Below are positions 1-9,077 of a DNA stretch of 13,774 nt, one piece after another. The position numbers and the translations under genes are program-made. The notes beneath the pieces were generated by a model that did not search any database, had not been told where the DNA came from, and saw only the letters and a program-made list of their open reading frames with translations. Source of the stretch: Oligoflexales bacterium (GTDB lineage: Bacteria; Bdellovibrionota_B; Oligoflexia; Oligoflexales; RGVZ01); NCBI GenBank assembly GCA_044236265.1, contig JBIIGV010000076.1, forward strand, positions 1-13,774, written 5' to 3'. Every line of letters starts with the position of its first letter. Position 1 is the stretch's first letter.

Positions 1-50
1 TAATGTAAAATATTATTACAGCCAAAATTACATTAAAAAGGCTGTTATCT

Positions 51-1718
51 ATGAACTCCTCTCATCGTACAAATGCCTTCGTAAAGTCTGAATGGACCTC
101 GACCGTTGTCATCGCAGCGATGGCTGCCATGGCCCTGTTGGGTTGTGGTGGGTCACAAAAGGTGCGTCAAACCGGTGGCGTGGATCCTGAGGAAACCAAG
201 AAGCGCGCTGAGGAGCAGGTACGTATCCAGGAAGAGTATGCTGAGTCGCAAGAGATTGCGCGTCTCAATTCGCTTTATAATCCGTGGCGCCTACCTAAGC
301 CGGCCCTTGTACAGGACGGTTTGGGCATTTGGCGTCAGAGTCAAGTGGCCTATGTTCGTCCAGGCTATGACTCACTCAAAAGTCGAATGGCCTTACTTGA
401 CGGTGCGACAAGATCGGTTCGCGTACAGACTTTTATTATGAGTGGTGACGAGGTTGGTCAGGCGTTTGCCAATAAACTGATTGAGCTTGCTGCTCGTGGT
501 GTGCAGGTGCAGTTCATTGTCGACGATACAACAACGATCTTCAAAGGCGCTGATAGTCTTTACTACTATCTCACAAGTCATGGCGTGCGCGTATACGGCT
601 ATCGTCCAATTTGGATGCAGGCGGGTAGCAACCCTTCAGTGTTTACCAATATATTCACCGGTAGAACGATCCAGGAGCGTTTTGGTGGCGCGCTGACTAC
701 AACAAAAATTGAGAATCATCGCTTCCATGACAAAATCATGGTGGTTGATGCAGAGGTTCCAGGGCGAGGAGCAGCGATGGTTGGAGGCACCAACATCGCC
801 AACGAATACTATGACATTATCGGAACCCCCAAAGATCTGAAGTGGCGCGACCAAGATATGCTTGTTCGCGGTGACTTGGTCGCCGATTTGGCTCAGGCCT
901 TCGACTCAAACATGGTCGACATTAACACCATCAATGGGCAGGCGACATTGGCCGATTCTGTAGAACAATACATATCTGGCGCACGGGGACAGTTCGGTTC
1001 GAACACGGCTCGTGGTATTGAGATCCGCCCATATGCGATGAGTCAGTACAAAGACGCTTTGTCTAGAAAGCTTAATCTCCGTTGGAACACGGCCAATATT
1101 CGTTTGATTCGGCATCGCCCACTGCACAATGAATTCAAGGCTGAGCAGCGCTTAGTCACAGCGATTATGAATGCTCAAAAAGAGGCAATTATCGTAAATC
1201 CGTACGTCATCCCATCTGACGGTATCATGAGTGCTATGATCACCGCGGCGCGTCGTGGTGTGACGGTAAAAATTCTAACAAATTCTTACGAAAGTGGTGA
1301 CACGCAGTTCGTACAAGATGTCGGAAGAATGTTCTATAAGACACTTATTTTGGAGACTCAGCCATCTAATCGTTGGCCAAGAAGTGTTCCGATCCAAATT
1401 TATGAGTGGGGTGGAGATTCCGTGTTCAAGAATGGTTTCTCGAATTTTCACTCTAAGTACGTCTTGATTGATCGGCAGATGGCCCTTTTGGGGTCTTATA
1501 ACCTAGACCCAAGAAGTCAGGTCTGGAATAGTGAAGTTCTATTCGAAACGGATGCTCCGCTTCTGGTGGCCCAGTTGCTCGAGCAGCAAGCGAATGACAG
1601 CGGTCCGGGTTATGCAAGACTTGTAACTAAGGAAATGGCTGAGTCTTATAAATCTGGCGGAAGCACTTGGGATAACGTTCGTAGGGAAGTCCTCTATTTA
1701 TTCAAGGTTTTCCTGTAA
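51..1718 (+). CDS. Phospholipase D family lipoprotein (ClsC/YmdC-like cardiolipin synthase superfamily)
   Basis: Two HxKxxxxD motifs: HDKIMVVD (codon at 726) followed by GGTNIANEYY, and HSKYVLID (codon at 1449) followed by GSYNLDPRSxxxNSE. Also WRDQD and NPYVIP motifs. Lipobox LLG-C32 after a hydrophobic stretch. Confidence 0.9.
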   Translation: MNSSHRTNAFVKSEWTSTVVIAAMAAMALLGCGGSQKVRQTGGVDPEETKKRAEEQVRIQEEYAESQEIARLNSLYNPWRLPKPALVQDGLGIWRQSQVAYVRPGYDSLKSRMALLDGATRSVRVQTFIMSGDEVGQAFANKLIELAARGVQVQFIVDDTTTIFKGADSLYYYLTSHGVRVYGYRPIWMQAGSNPSVFTNIFTGRTIQERFGGALTTTKIENHRFHDKIMVVDAEVPGRGAAMVGGTNIANEYYDIIGTPKDLKWRDQDMLVRGDLVADLAQAFDSNMVDINTINGQATLADSVEQYISGARGQFGSNTARGIEIRPYAMSQYKDALSRKLNLRWNTANIRLIRHRPLHNEFKAEQRLVTAIMNAQKEAIIVNPYVIPSDGIMSAMITAARRGVTVKILTNSYESGDTQFVQDVGRMFYKTLILETQPSNRWPRSVPIQIYEWGGDSVFKNGFSNFHSKYVLIDRQMALLGSYNLDPRSQVWNSEVLFETDAPLLVAQLLEQQANDSGPGYARLVTKEMAESYKSGGSTWDNVRREVLYLFKVFL

Positions 1719-2022
1719 ACTCTTCTGCAAGCTCCTTGGAGATCCGACCTGGTTTTTTCGCTTGGCGGTATAGCACCAATAGATGCCCAATCGTTTGGAC
1801 GACCTCGGCCTTGGTTTCCGTCATAATGGCATCGACCGTCTCACGAAACTCAGTCTGATCAGCAGATGGCACTTTAATTTTAATCAATTCATGGTCCTCC
1901 AAGGCTTTATCGGCGGCTTTCAATACAGCCGCGGACACCCCTTCTTTACCAAGCATCACCACAGGGTCGAGGTGATGCGCTTTGCCGCGAAGAAAGGATT
2001 TTTGTTTTGGAGTGAGCGCCAT
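1702..2022 (-). CDS. yhbY: YhbY/CRM-domain RNA-binding ribosome assembly protein
   Basis: MALTPKQKSFLRGKAHHLDPVVMLGKEG...ALEDHELIKIK...VQTIGHLLVLYR is the YhbY signature. Start moved to the ATG at 2022 because the ORF-track extension to 2100 has no family similarity. Overlaps the PLD gene end convergently by 17 bp. Confidence 0.93.
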   Translation of the reverse strand: MALTPKQKSFLRGKAHHLDPVVMLGKEGVSAAVLKAADKALEDHELIKIKVPSADQTEFRETVDAIMTETKAEVVQTIGHLLVLYRQAKKPGRISKELAEEFTGKP

Positions 2023-2098
2023 GGGATTTCCGCTTTCATAAGGTTTACAGGCTTGCCAAATAGCCGGATAATAAATTGCTTCAGGCGGGCGATTTATC

Positions 2099-2926
2099 AT
2101 GGGCGTTATGGGAATCCTACCTAAAAAAACAACTTCTGGTGTCTTCGTGCGGTGGCTGACGCTCGCTCATGCTTGGGGTGCGATAGTAGCCCTTGTAGGA
2201 CCTAACCTCCAAGCGGCTGTAGTTCCAGAGGTGATTAAATTCAAAGTTGAGCGTGAGTTGCCTCATGATCCGACGGCATTTACACAGGGGCTTGAAATAT
2301 GGGAGCCTGGTTATTTTCTTGAAACCACAGGGCAATACGGTCAAAGCGAGCTGCGTAAGGTTGAAATTGCTACCGGTCAGGTAAAGATTCGTAGGCCATT
2401 GGATGGCAAATATTTTGGCGAGGGAGCAACCAAGTTCGGCAGCGATATCTTTCAGCTGACTTGGCGGGAAGGGGCCATTCTGAGGTGGGGAGTGTCTCCT
2501 AAAAACAAGGAGCCTGAAGTCAAGGAGACCTTTTCATGGATTGGCGAAGGGTGGGGCGTGACTAATGGCAAAGGGATTTTGTGGGTGAGTGATGGGACCG
2601 ATCAGCTCAAAGCCGTTAATCCCAAAAACATGAAGGTGAGCAAAACTATAAAAGTCACTTTGTCAGGTAAACCCATGGATCGTCTTAACGAGCTTGAAAT
2701 GATTGATGGTAAAATTTTTGCCAATATTTGGATGACATCGACTGTGGTGAGAATTAATCCGAAATCGGGCGTTGTCGACGGATTGATAGATCTAAGCGAT
2801 TTAGTCCCTAAGCAAATTCATCCAGATGCGGTTGCCAATGGATTAGCATGGGACTCAAGAAAACGACGATTATATGTAACTGGCAAGCTGTGGCCAAAAG
2901 TTTATGAATTGACCTTGCTGAAGTGA
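2099..2926 (+). CDS. Glutaminyl-peptide cyclotransferase (type II glutaminyl cyclase), exported
   Basis: PHDPTAFTQGL, ETTGQYG, YFGEG, QLTW, GEGWG, SDG, LNELE, ANIW, NGLAWD...LYVTGKLWP motifs. N-terminal signal-like segment. Start could be 2099 or 2108. Confidence 0.92.
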   Translation: MGVMGILPKKTTSGVFVRWLTLAHAWGAIVALVGPNLQAAVVPEVIKFKVERELPHDPTAFTQGLEIWEPGYFLETTGQYGQSELRKVEIATGQVKIRRPLDGKYFGEGATKFGSDIFQLTWREGAILRWGVSPKNKEPEVKETFSWIGEGWGVTNGKGILWVSDGTDQLKAVNPKNMKVSKTIKVTLSGKPMDRLNELEMIDGKIFANIWMTSTVVRINPKSGVVDGLIDLSDLVPKQIHPDAVANGLAWDSRKRRLYVTGKLWPKVYELTLLK

Positions 2927-2998
2927 ATAGTTCCTGGTCTCTATCTCGTAAAACATGATCTTTTGAAAGGTCGCATTTTTATCAAAGAGGCTATCATC

Positions 2999-5284
2999 AT
3001 GCAGTTCGGAAAAATTTTGAAGGAAAGTTGGAGGATACGTCGCAGTGTTATCCTTGCGTCAACCATTATAGCCTTGGTGTCTTGCTTTTATCTCCAAACA
3101 TCTGATAACGCCGAGAGTTTGGAAAACAATATTGGACGTCCGTACTTGTTTACTTTGCGTGAGCGCTTGGGCTTGGCCCCTAAATTAGATCCGCGCATTG
3201 TGATCTATGCTTATGATGACAAGGCGGCCACAAAGCTTGGTCGTCCGGAGCTTTTAAGCGGCGAAGAATGGGATCGAATGATTGGAGCGATCGCAGATCA
3301 TAAACCACGTGCAATACTCGTGGATATGATTTTTGCTAATATTCGTAAGGATCCAGAAGATGTACTGCGAATGAATCTGGCTTTTGATAGGGCGTCACCT
3401 GTGTATACTGCGGCGGCTGCTCGACCAGCTCGGGCTGTTGCTCGGCCTTATGAGAAGAGTGACTCAATATTTAGAGCTAAGCCCTCGGAATGGGATTTTA
3501 TTCGAAAATATAGTTTCATGGGTCAAAACATGGATGTGATGGGACCTGCGGAAAATCTTCCCAAACTCCGCGAACACATCGGTCAGATCAACTTTACTCC
3601 CCCTGGTTTCTTCAGCCCTGTGGTTGTATTTCCGCCTGAACACAGGTTGAAAGCGCTTGCGTTAAGCTTTCTTAATGACTCCCAATACCGAGTGGATGGC
3701 GAACAACTTTATCTTGACGGTCAGCCTGTCTATCTCAATGAGCGAGGGGAGACGTTTGTCAATTGGTTGCCGAAAAAAGATCTGTATGGAAATACCTTTA
3801 AAATTTTGGATCTTGTTGAAATAAGATCTCAAGAGAAATTTTCCGACAAAATAAAGCCTGATTCGATCGTGTTGTTTCTGCCATTGATGTTTACAGGCAA
3901 TGCAGACATCAAGGAGACTTTTGCTGGTTTGCTACCCGGCGGGTTTGCGCAGGTGTCGGCCCTCAACTCCGTGTTGACCGGGCAATGGCTGCGAAACATT
4001 GACGCTGGATTTGGCGGTATTTTCGCAGCGGTCGCATTGGGTCTCTTAGCAAGCTTAGTGTTGCGTATCTATTCAATGATAGGAATTTGGTTGGCGGTCA
4101 ATGTTGTCTATTTGACGTCCGTCACGGCTGCCTTCTTATTTGGTGGTTTTGTCCTTGAGTTTGTTACGCCATGGTTGGGTTTTAACTTGGTTTTAGTTCC
4201 TGTGATTATTCATGCTCAAGTATTTGCTGAGATAAAAAACCTGCGCGTTCATGATGCCCTTTCGGGTATCGTTCCGCCAAAAATGCTTGAACGGATTGCG
4301 CGATCGCCAGAAAAATTTTCAATCGAGACCACTGAACGTGCTATAACGGTCATGTTCGTGGACTTTGTCGGATTTTCGCTGGTGTCTGAGCGTTATTCGG
4401 GAAATCTTGTGTTCGAGACCTTAAAACAGTTACTAGGAAATCTGGGTGACATTGTTCACGAATATCATGGGATTGTTGATAAATCATTGGGTGATGGTCT
4501 TTTAGGTGTATTTGGGTTTGATCCCTTGACCAATGAGGAAAGCTCGACCCATGCGGAAGAAGCAACACGTTGTGCCGTCGCCATTCAACGCTACATGGCA
4601 AAACTTTGTGCTGGATACGACAAGACGCAGGGTGACCTAGAATCTATTATTTTTGGTTCGCGGGTGGGGCTGAGTTCCGGCACCTCTTTCATTGGGAATG
4701 TTGGTGAGAAAGGCCGTCTTGACCTCACAGTTATTGGATTTTCGGTGAACATGGGTAAACGCTATGAAGATGCCTGTGAACCATTCAAAGTCATGATGGG
4801 AGAATCGACACATCAAAGTTTAAGTGAAGACTTAAAAGCGATGACGATACGCAGAGATTTACAGATAAAGCATCATGAAGAGTTGATTTGTGCTTATGAA
4901 CTGGATCCATTCATGGGGCTAGAGAAAGATTACCTTGATGCCGTCAAGGGTGAGAGAGCTTTTACTGAGTCTAAGCGCATGATTGATCGATTCACGGTGC
5001 CCCCTAGCCAAACTTGGGTTGTCATTCAAGACGGCGTCGAAGTTGGTCATATCCACAATTATTCTTCGGAAGGTTTAAATTTGTCTCTCAATAAATTCTT
5101 TGCGTGTAAGGTTAATCTGACCTTTGATGTTGGTATGATCAATCGTAATGACGGCTGTATCGTCAAGAAATTTGTCCAGTGCTCCGGAAGTGTTAAATGG
5201 GGGCGCAAGACAGACAAAGGATTTACGCACGGATTTGCGATGACGCCTGAAAGTCAGATGAAGTTTAAAGAGTTTTTAACCTGA
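2999..5284 (+). CDS. CHASE2-domain membrane class III adenylate cyclase with C-terminal PilZ-like domain
   Basis: N-terminal TM. CHASE2 hallmarks RIVIYAYDD, PRAILVDMIF, PGGFAQVSALNSVL, then about 3 TM helices. Cyclase motifs VMFVDFVGFS, DKSLGDG, DLTVIGFSVNMGKRYE. Tail has RxxxR and NxSxxG. ATG 2999 has an upstream AAAGAGG RBS (ORF track starts at TTG 2963). Confidence 0.88.
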   Translation: MQFGKILKESWRIRRSVILASTIIALVSCFYLQTSDNAESLENNIGRPYLFTLRERLGLAPKLDPRIVIYAYDDKAATKLGRPELLSGEEWDRMIGAIADHKPRAILVDMIFANIRKDPEDVLRMNLAFDRASPVYTAAAARPARAVARPYEKSDSIFRAKPSEWDFIRKYSFMGQNMDVMGPAENLPKLREHIGQINFTPPGFFSPVVVFPPEHRLKALALSFLNDSQYRVDGEQLYLDGQPVYLNERGETFVNWLPKKDLYGNTFKILDLVEIRSQEKFSDKIKPDSIVLFLPLMFTGNADIKETFAGLLPGGFAQVSALNSVLTGQWLRNIDAGFGGIFAAVALGLLASLVLRIYSMIGIWLAVNVVYLTSVTAAFLFGGFVLEFVTPWLGFNLVLVPVIIHAQVFAEIKNLRVHDALSGIVPPKMLERIARSPEKFSIETTERAITVMFVDFVGFSLVSERYSGNLVFETLKQLLGNLGDIVHEYHGIVDKSLGDGLLGVFGFDPLTNEESSTHAEEATRCAVAIQRYMAKLCAGYDKTQGDLESIIFGSRVGLSSGTSFIGNVGEKGRLDLTVIGFSVNMGKRYEDACEPFKVMMGESTHQSLSEDLKAMTIRRDLQIKHHEELICAYELDPFMGLEKDYLDAVKGERAFTESKRMIDRFTVPPSQTWVVIQDGVEVGHIHNYSSEGLNLSLNKFFACKVNLTFDVGMINRNDGCIVKKFVQCSGSVKWGRKTDKGFTHGFAMTPESQMKFKEFLT

Positions 5285-5320
5285 TTCATTTGCCATAGGA
5301 TTTGCACCCTTTGGTAAGAA

Positions 5321-5983
5321 TCAGATCGATATACCAACGTAAACCCGCAAAAGTCGAGCTGAGGGCTCTGTCTTCAGATTGTCGCGAGTTTTCCGCGATA
5401 CGATGCCATCTTCGGTCAGTTTGATATCAGCTTTTGAAACATGGAGTGGCCAGTAGACGCCGATCCAGTCGCAGCCAACATGGAAACCACCGTAATTCCA
5501 TTGGCTTCCCACCGCGAACTCTGGGCCAACGTCCCAGTAGCGTAGCTCGTAGTGAGTTTCTTTACCTGTAAAGGTGGATGTCATGAGATCAAGGAACTGG
5601 TTGCTACCGTATGTTTGACGGTGAACAAGTCCAAAGTTCGTATAAACGATTGGGCTCCAGAAGTTCTTTGAGCGGACAGCGCGCGATATTGAGTGTCCAA
5701 AAAACACTGTAGATGATTCGTCGTAATACGCTTCAACGATCCAGTCAGGCTTAAAGTAGTATCCTAATACAGCGAATTTCGCGAGCCCTGTCGAGTAACC
5801 AGCTCCGGCGTCGATAGAGATCACGCGGCCTTCGCGGATTGAATTGGGTTGTGCTGGAAGAGCGGCTGGCGTAGGTGCAGTCTGCGCCACCGCAGATGGG
5901 GAAATTAATGCTGTAAGTACGAAGACTAGTGCCGTCAGTGAGGTGCAGAGCCTGTTGATTCTCGAGTGTGTACTTGATTTCAT
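5321..5983 (-). CDS. Secreted protein, probable small outer-membrane beta-barrel
   Basis: Signal peptide ending AVA|Q, Pro/Ala linker, amphipathic aromatic strands (VGSQWNYGGFHVGCDWIG) and C-terminal LRVYVGISI resembling a beta-signal. ATG 5983 with upstream AAGGGA; TTG 5989 is an alternative start. Confidence 0.6.
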   Translation of the reverse strand: MKSSTHSRINRLCTSLTALVFVLTALISPSAVAQTAPTPAALPAQPNSIREGRVISIDAGAGYSTGLAKFAVLGYYFKPDWIVEAYYDESSTVFFGHSISRAVRSKNFWSPIVYTNFGLVHRQTYGSNQFLDLMTSTFTGKETHYELRYWDVGPEFAVGSQWNYGGFHVGCDWIGVYWPLHVSKADIKLTEDGIVSRKTRDNLKTEPSARLLRVYVGISI

Positions 5984-6146
5984 AAACAATGTCCCTTATC
6001 GATTTCTAAAATGAATCCCGTTACCGATCCAATAGCGGTCGGTGTTGGTCAAGGCTATACACCTCGCTCATCTTGCTTTCAAGTGAGGAACAGTGGCGTT
6101 GTCTCAATTGGCTGATTAAGGATACTCAGTGGTGCAGCGAAAAAAT

Positions 6147-6199
6147 GCGGGCGCAACCCTGTACTATTCGAACTAGGGACAGGCACTCGAGAGTATCCG
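6147..6199. repeat. 53-bp direct repeat, copy 1 (att-like)
   Basis: gcgggcgcaaccctgtactattcgaactagggacaggcactcgagagtatccg; 50/53 identical to 9323-9375, first 27 nt identical. Ends 11 bp from the NHL gene stop codon. Confidence 0.95.
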
Positions 6200-6210
6200 T
6201 AAATCGCGTC

Positions 6211-8943
6211 TTAGGGCTTTGGTACAATATACACCCGTCCGAAGTAGTCCGGCACGATCATAAGGTTGCCGACGATGGCGGGGGTCCAGGTGTTAGTGTA
6301 GCCGTACCCGCCCATCAGGCGGTTTTTGTACATGCCGTAGCCAGTATTATCATCTTGCCCGCCCCATGTGGCACTGAAGCTCCCGAATAATCCGGTCGCC
6401 GTAGGGATGGCGGTAGGCGCGAATTTTTCGATGCGCATTGATTTTAGGACCATCATATATAGATTGCCGTCGCCGTCAAAGGCAGCGCCACCGCCAAAAT
6501 TAGTAGGCGAATTGTTTGAGGTTGTAATGCCTGTGTCGGTGGTCTGACCTAGTACAAGGTTAAAGCAGGACCGTGCGGTTGGGATAGCATTATAGACGAG
6601 AATGCGGTGGCGCTCCGTATCCGGAATGTACAATTTACTGCCATCCGAGTACACCTGCTGGCCGCTGCCAATTTGTGAACTGGAAGCAAAGCATTCCGCG
6701 CCAGTGGAGGCTCCCAGGACAAAGTCGGCGCTGTCATTGGTGGCCGCGATGGAGGACGTTGTATAGGCCAGGATGCGGTCGTTGACCTGTTCTGTGATAA
6801 AGAGCGTGCCGCTCACCACATAGACTCCCACTGGAGTGTTCATTTTGTTGGTAGAATTTAATATGTTCGTGCCGGTGGCGGTTGTTGCGGTCACGGTCGT
6901 GCAATCTGCCTGGCCAATGACGCGGTCAGCGACCAGGCCATTTTGAGTCGCAGGGTTAGAAGGTAAGGAGTCCCAAACTAAGACCCTGTGATTACCCTGA
7001 TCAGCGACATAAAGTTTTGAGCCATCGTACCAGACAGCGCTTGGGCTGCTCATAGTGCCACATGTCGGGGTGCCGTTGCGGTTACGAGCTCCCGATGTAA
7101 AGCTCGCTTGTCCGAGCACTACGTCGGCTGGCTGGTTGTTGGAGGTGGGAAATGTATTCCAGATCAGGACCCGGTGCCTGCGGGGGTCAGGCATGATCAA
7201 ACGGTTGTTGTCCGCGTAAACCCGGGTTCCGGATACCATGGTCCCATCAATGGTGGGATGACTCCAGACCGTGTCGAGGATGGCCGAGATCTGGCCAATG
7301 ATAAAGTCAGAAGCCAGATGATTGGACGCAGGGATTGTATTGTATACGAGTACCCGGTCATTATTGGTATCAGCCACATGAAATCTGGTGCCGACATAGG
7401 CGACTCCGCGGGGTGCGCTCAGGGATTTGGCGTCTATATTACCAGAGCCTGCGGTGTTATTAGCCGTGACGGTGGTGAAGTCGGCTTGTCCGAGGACAAC
7501 GTTAGGCAATGCGTGCGCGGTCGGGATGGCGTTCCAAATGAGGACGCGGTTTCCGGCGTTTTCTGCGACCGAGAACCCTGTGCCGTTGGTGTCGATGCCC
7601 GCTGGGCTGTTCATGCGGTTTGAACCGGGTCCGGCCGTTGCAGAGGTGAAAGATCCTCCTTGCCCGAGGGTAAACTCGGCGACACCGGTCAAAGTCAAGT
7701 TTGTATCGGTCGTTGGCAGAGGGAATACGATGACACGGTTGTTGCCCTGATCGGCCACAAATAATTTGTCACCTATGGCTTCCACATCTGTCGGGCTACT
7801 CAGTGTGTTGTTGTTGACGGAACTACCGCGGTTGGCGGTTTTGGTCGTGAAGTTAGCCTGGCCAAGGACTTGGTCGGCGGCCTGTCCGGTGACGATGGTA
7901 CTGAGGTTGTTCCACGCCAAAACCCTGTTGTTGGAACTGTCGGCGACGAAAACCATGGTCGCTGATCCCACGGTATAGCAGGCAATCCCTCGTGGTTTGT
8001 TGAAAGTGGTAGCTCCCACGTTGGTGAAATTGGTCTGACCGAGTACCAAGTCCGCTAACTGACCCGTAGTGGTGGGTATGGAGTTCCAGATGAGTACGCG
8101 GTTACTGGTTGTGTCACTGACAAAAAACTTACCACCGCAGTATTCAGCGTTCATCGGAGTGTTGAGAGTGCCGGCGTTGACGTTGCTGCCGATCGCTCCA
8201 ATAATGCCGTAGTTATCACCTTGTCCGAGGACAATGTCGGGAGTTCCGACTGCGGCGGTCGGAACGCTGTTGTAAATTTTGACTCGGCTGCTGGCGGAGT
8301 CCACGATGAAATACTTGCTGCCAATTGTACCGATGGCGGTGGGTTGATTTAATCCATACTGGGTACCAAGATTTACAGCAAAACTACTGTCCCCAAGGAT
8401 TAATCCGCCCTCACCACGCAGGGGGACCGGAACATTTTGGCGGATACCGTCGTGATCAAAGCTGACGGTCATGTTGCCGTCGTAGTTGGCGACACTGGGC
8501 GGTGAGAAATTGATGTTGAGGGTACAGCTTGATGTAGAAATCACAGAGCCACAGGTTCCGCCCGTGCCTGGATAAGCTCCACCGACAAACGCGAAGTGTG
8601 TGGGCAGGGTGATCACGATATTGGTGACGTCTGTGGCGAGGTTTGCGAAATTTAAGGTGACCATTTTCTCATAGGTCGTGCCTGTGGCAACTGAACCAAA
8701 CCACGATGTCAAGGTCGTCCCGGAGACCGTGGCAGAGGTTCCACCAAAGCCGGTAGCGCCGTCAGTAGATCCTCCAGTCGTGCTGCCGCCTGTCGTGTCG
8801 CCGGTCGTGCTGCCGCCGGTCTTGCTGGCGTCAAGTTTTCTCCCCTTGGTTACAGTGACACTGACTTCGCTTTTACAGGCGGTCAAGGCTGCCAGGAGGG
8901 TGGCAGTGCAAATGATCAGAATTTTACCCATGAAAAATCGCAT
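6211..8943 (-). CDS. Large NHL-repeat (beta-propeller) lipoprotein with Thr/Gly linker and one Ig-like (ASH/choice-of-anchor-D-like) domain
   Basis: Lipobox LTA-C23 and TGGSTTG linker. FAFVGGAYPGTGGTC...CTLNINFSP Ig-like module. Many repeats of (V/A)D..N.RVL(I/V)WN..PT....AD.VLGQ..FT. GGGGGA RBS upstream of the ATG. Confidence 0.88.
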   Translation of the reverse strand: MRFFMGKILIICTATLLAALTACKSEVSVTVTKGRKLDASKTGGSTTGDTTGGSTTGGSTDGATGFGGTSATVSGTTLTSWFGSVATGTTYEKMVTLNFANLATDVTNIVITLPTHFAFVGGAYPGTGGTCGSVISTSSCTLNINFSPPSVANYDGNMTVSFDHDGIRQNVPVPLRGEGGLILGDSSFAVNLGTQYGLNQPTAIGTIGSKYFIVDSASSRVKIYNSVPTAAVGTPDIVLGQGDNYGIIGAIGSNVNAGTLNTPMNAEYCGGKFFVSDTTSNRVLIWNSIPTTTGQLADLVLGQTNFTNVGATTFNKPRGIACYTVGSATMVFVADSSNNRVLAWNNLSTIVTGQAADQVLGQANFTTKTANRGSSVNNNTLSSPTDVEAIGDKLFVADQGNNRVIVFPLPTTDTNLTLTGVAEFTLGQGGSFTSATAGPGSNRMNSPAGIDTNGTGFSVAENAGNRVLIWNAIPTAHALPNVVLGQADFTTVTANNTAGSGNIDAKSLSAPRGVAYVGTRFHVADTNNDRVLVYNTIPASNHLASDFIIGQISAILDTVWSHPTIDGTMVSGTRVYADNNRLIMPDPRRHRVLIWNTFPTSNNQPADVVLGQASFTSGARNRNGTPTCGTMSSPSAVWYDGSKLYVADQGNHRVLVWDSLPSNPATQNGLVADRVIGQADCTTVTATTATGTNILNSTNKMNTPVGVYVVSGTLFITEQVNDRILAYTTSSIAATNDSADFVLGASTGAECFASSSQIGSGQQVYSDGSKLYIPDTERHRILVYNAIPTARSCFNLVLGQTTDTGITTSNNSPTNFGGGAAFDGDGNLYMMVLKSMRIEKFAPTAIPTATGLFGSFSATWGGQDDNTGYGMYKNRLMGGYGYTNTWTPAIVGNLMIVPDYFGRVYIVPKP
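8777..8817. repeat. Coding repeat gtcgtgctgccgcc x2 in the T/G-rich linker
   Basis: 14-mer at 8777-8790 and 8804-8817; encodes GGSTT units on the minus strand. Confidence 0.8.
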
Positions 8944-8979
8944 GTAACAGGATGTCCCCCAAGGACTTTTACACTGGAT

Positions 8980-9006
8980 CTTTCGGCAGAAACGGCCTGA
9001 GCATTA
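8980..9006 (-). promoter_or_regulatory. Putative sigma28 (FliA) promoter of the NHL lipoprotein gene
   Basis: Minus strand TAAT-N15-GCCGAAAG versus consensus TAAA-N15-GCCGATAA; ends 36 nt upstream of the ATG. Confidence 0.55.
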
Positions 9007-9027
9007 AAACGTAGTCACCAATGCATT

Positions 9028-9040
9028 TAAGCCACTGATA
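9028..9040 (-). promoter_or_regulatory. IHF consensus-like site
   Basis: Minus strand TATCAG-TGGC-TTA matches WATCAR-N4-TTR exactly, in an AT-rich context. Confidence 0.45.
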
Positions 9041-9077
9041 TTAAAAGGTAAATCCAATAATATTCAGCCTTCAAATT

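Noticed and set aside
2023..2100. N-terminal extension of YhbY in the ORF track
   Set aside because: It fills the 76-bp divergent promoter gap; family similarity begins at Met 2022.
6073..8947. Plus-strand ORFs 6073-6390, 7108-7623, 7427-7750, 7766-7978 and 8678-8947
   Set aside because: Antisense shadows of the GC-rich NHL gene with no motifs.
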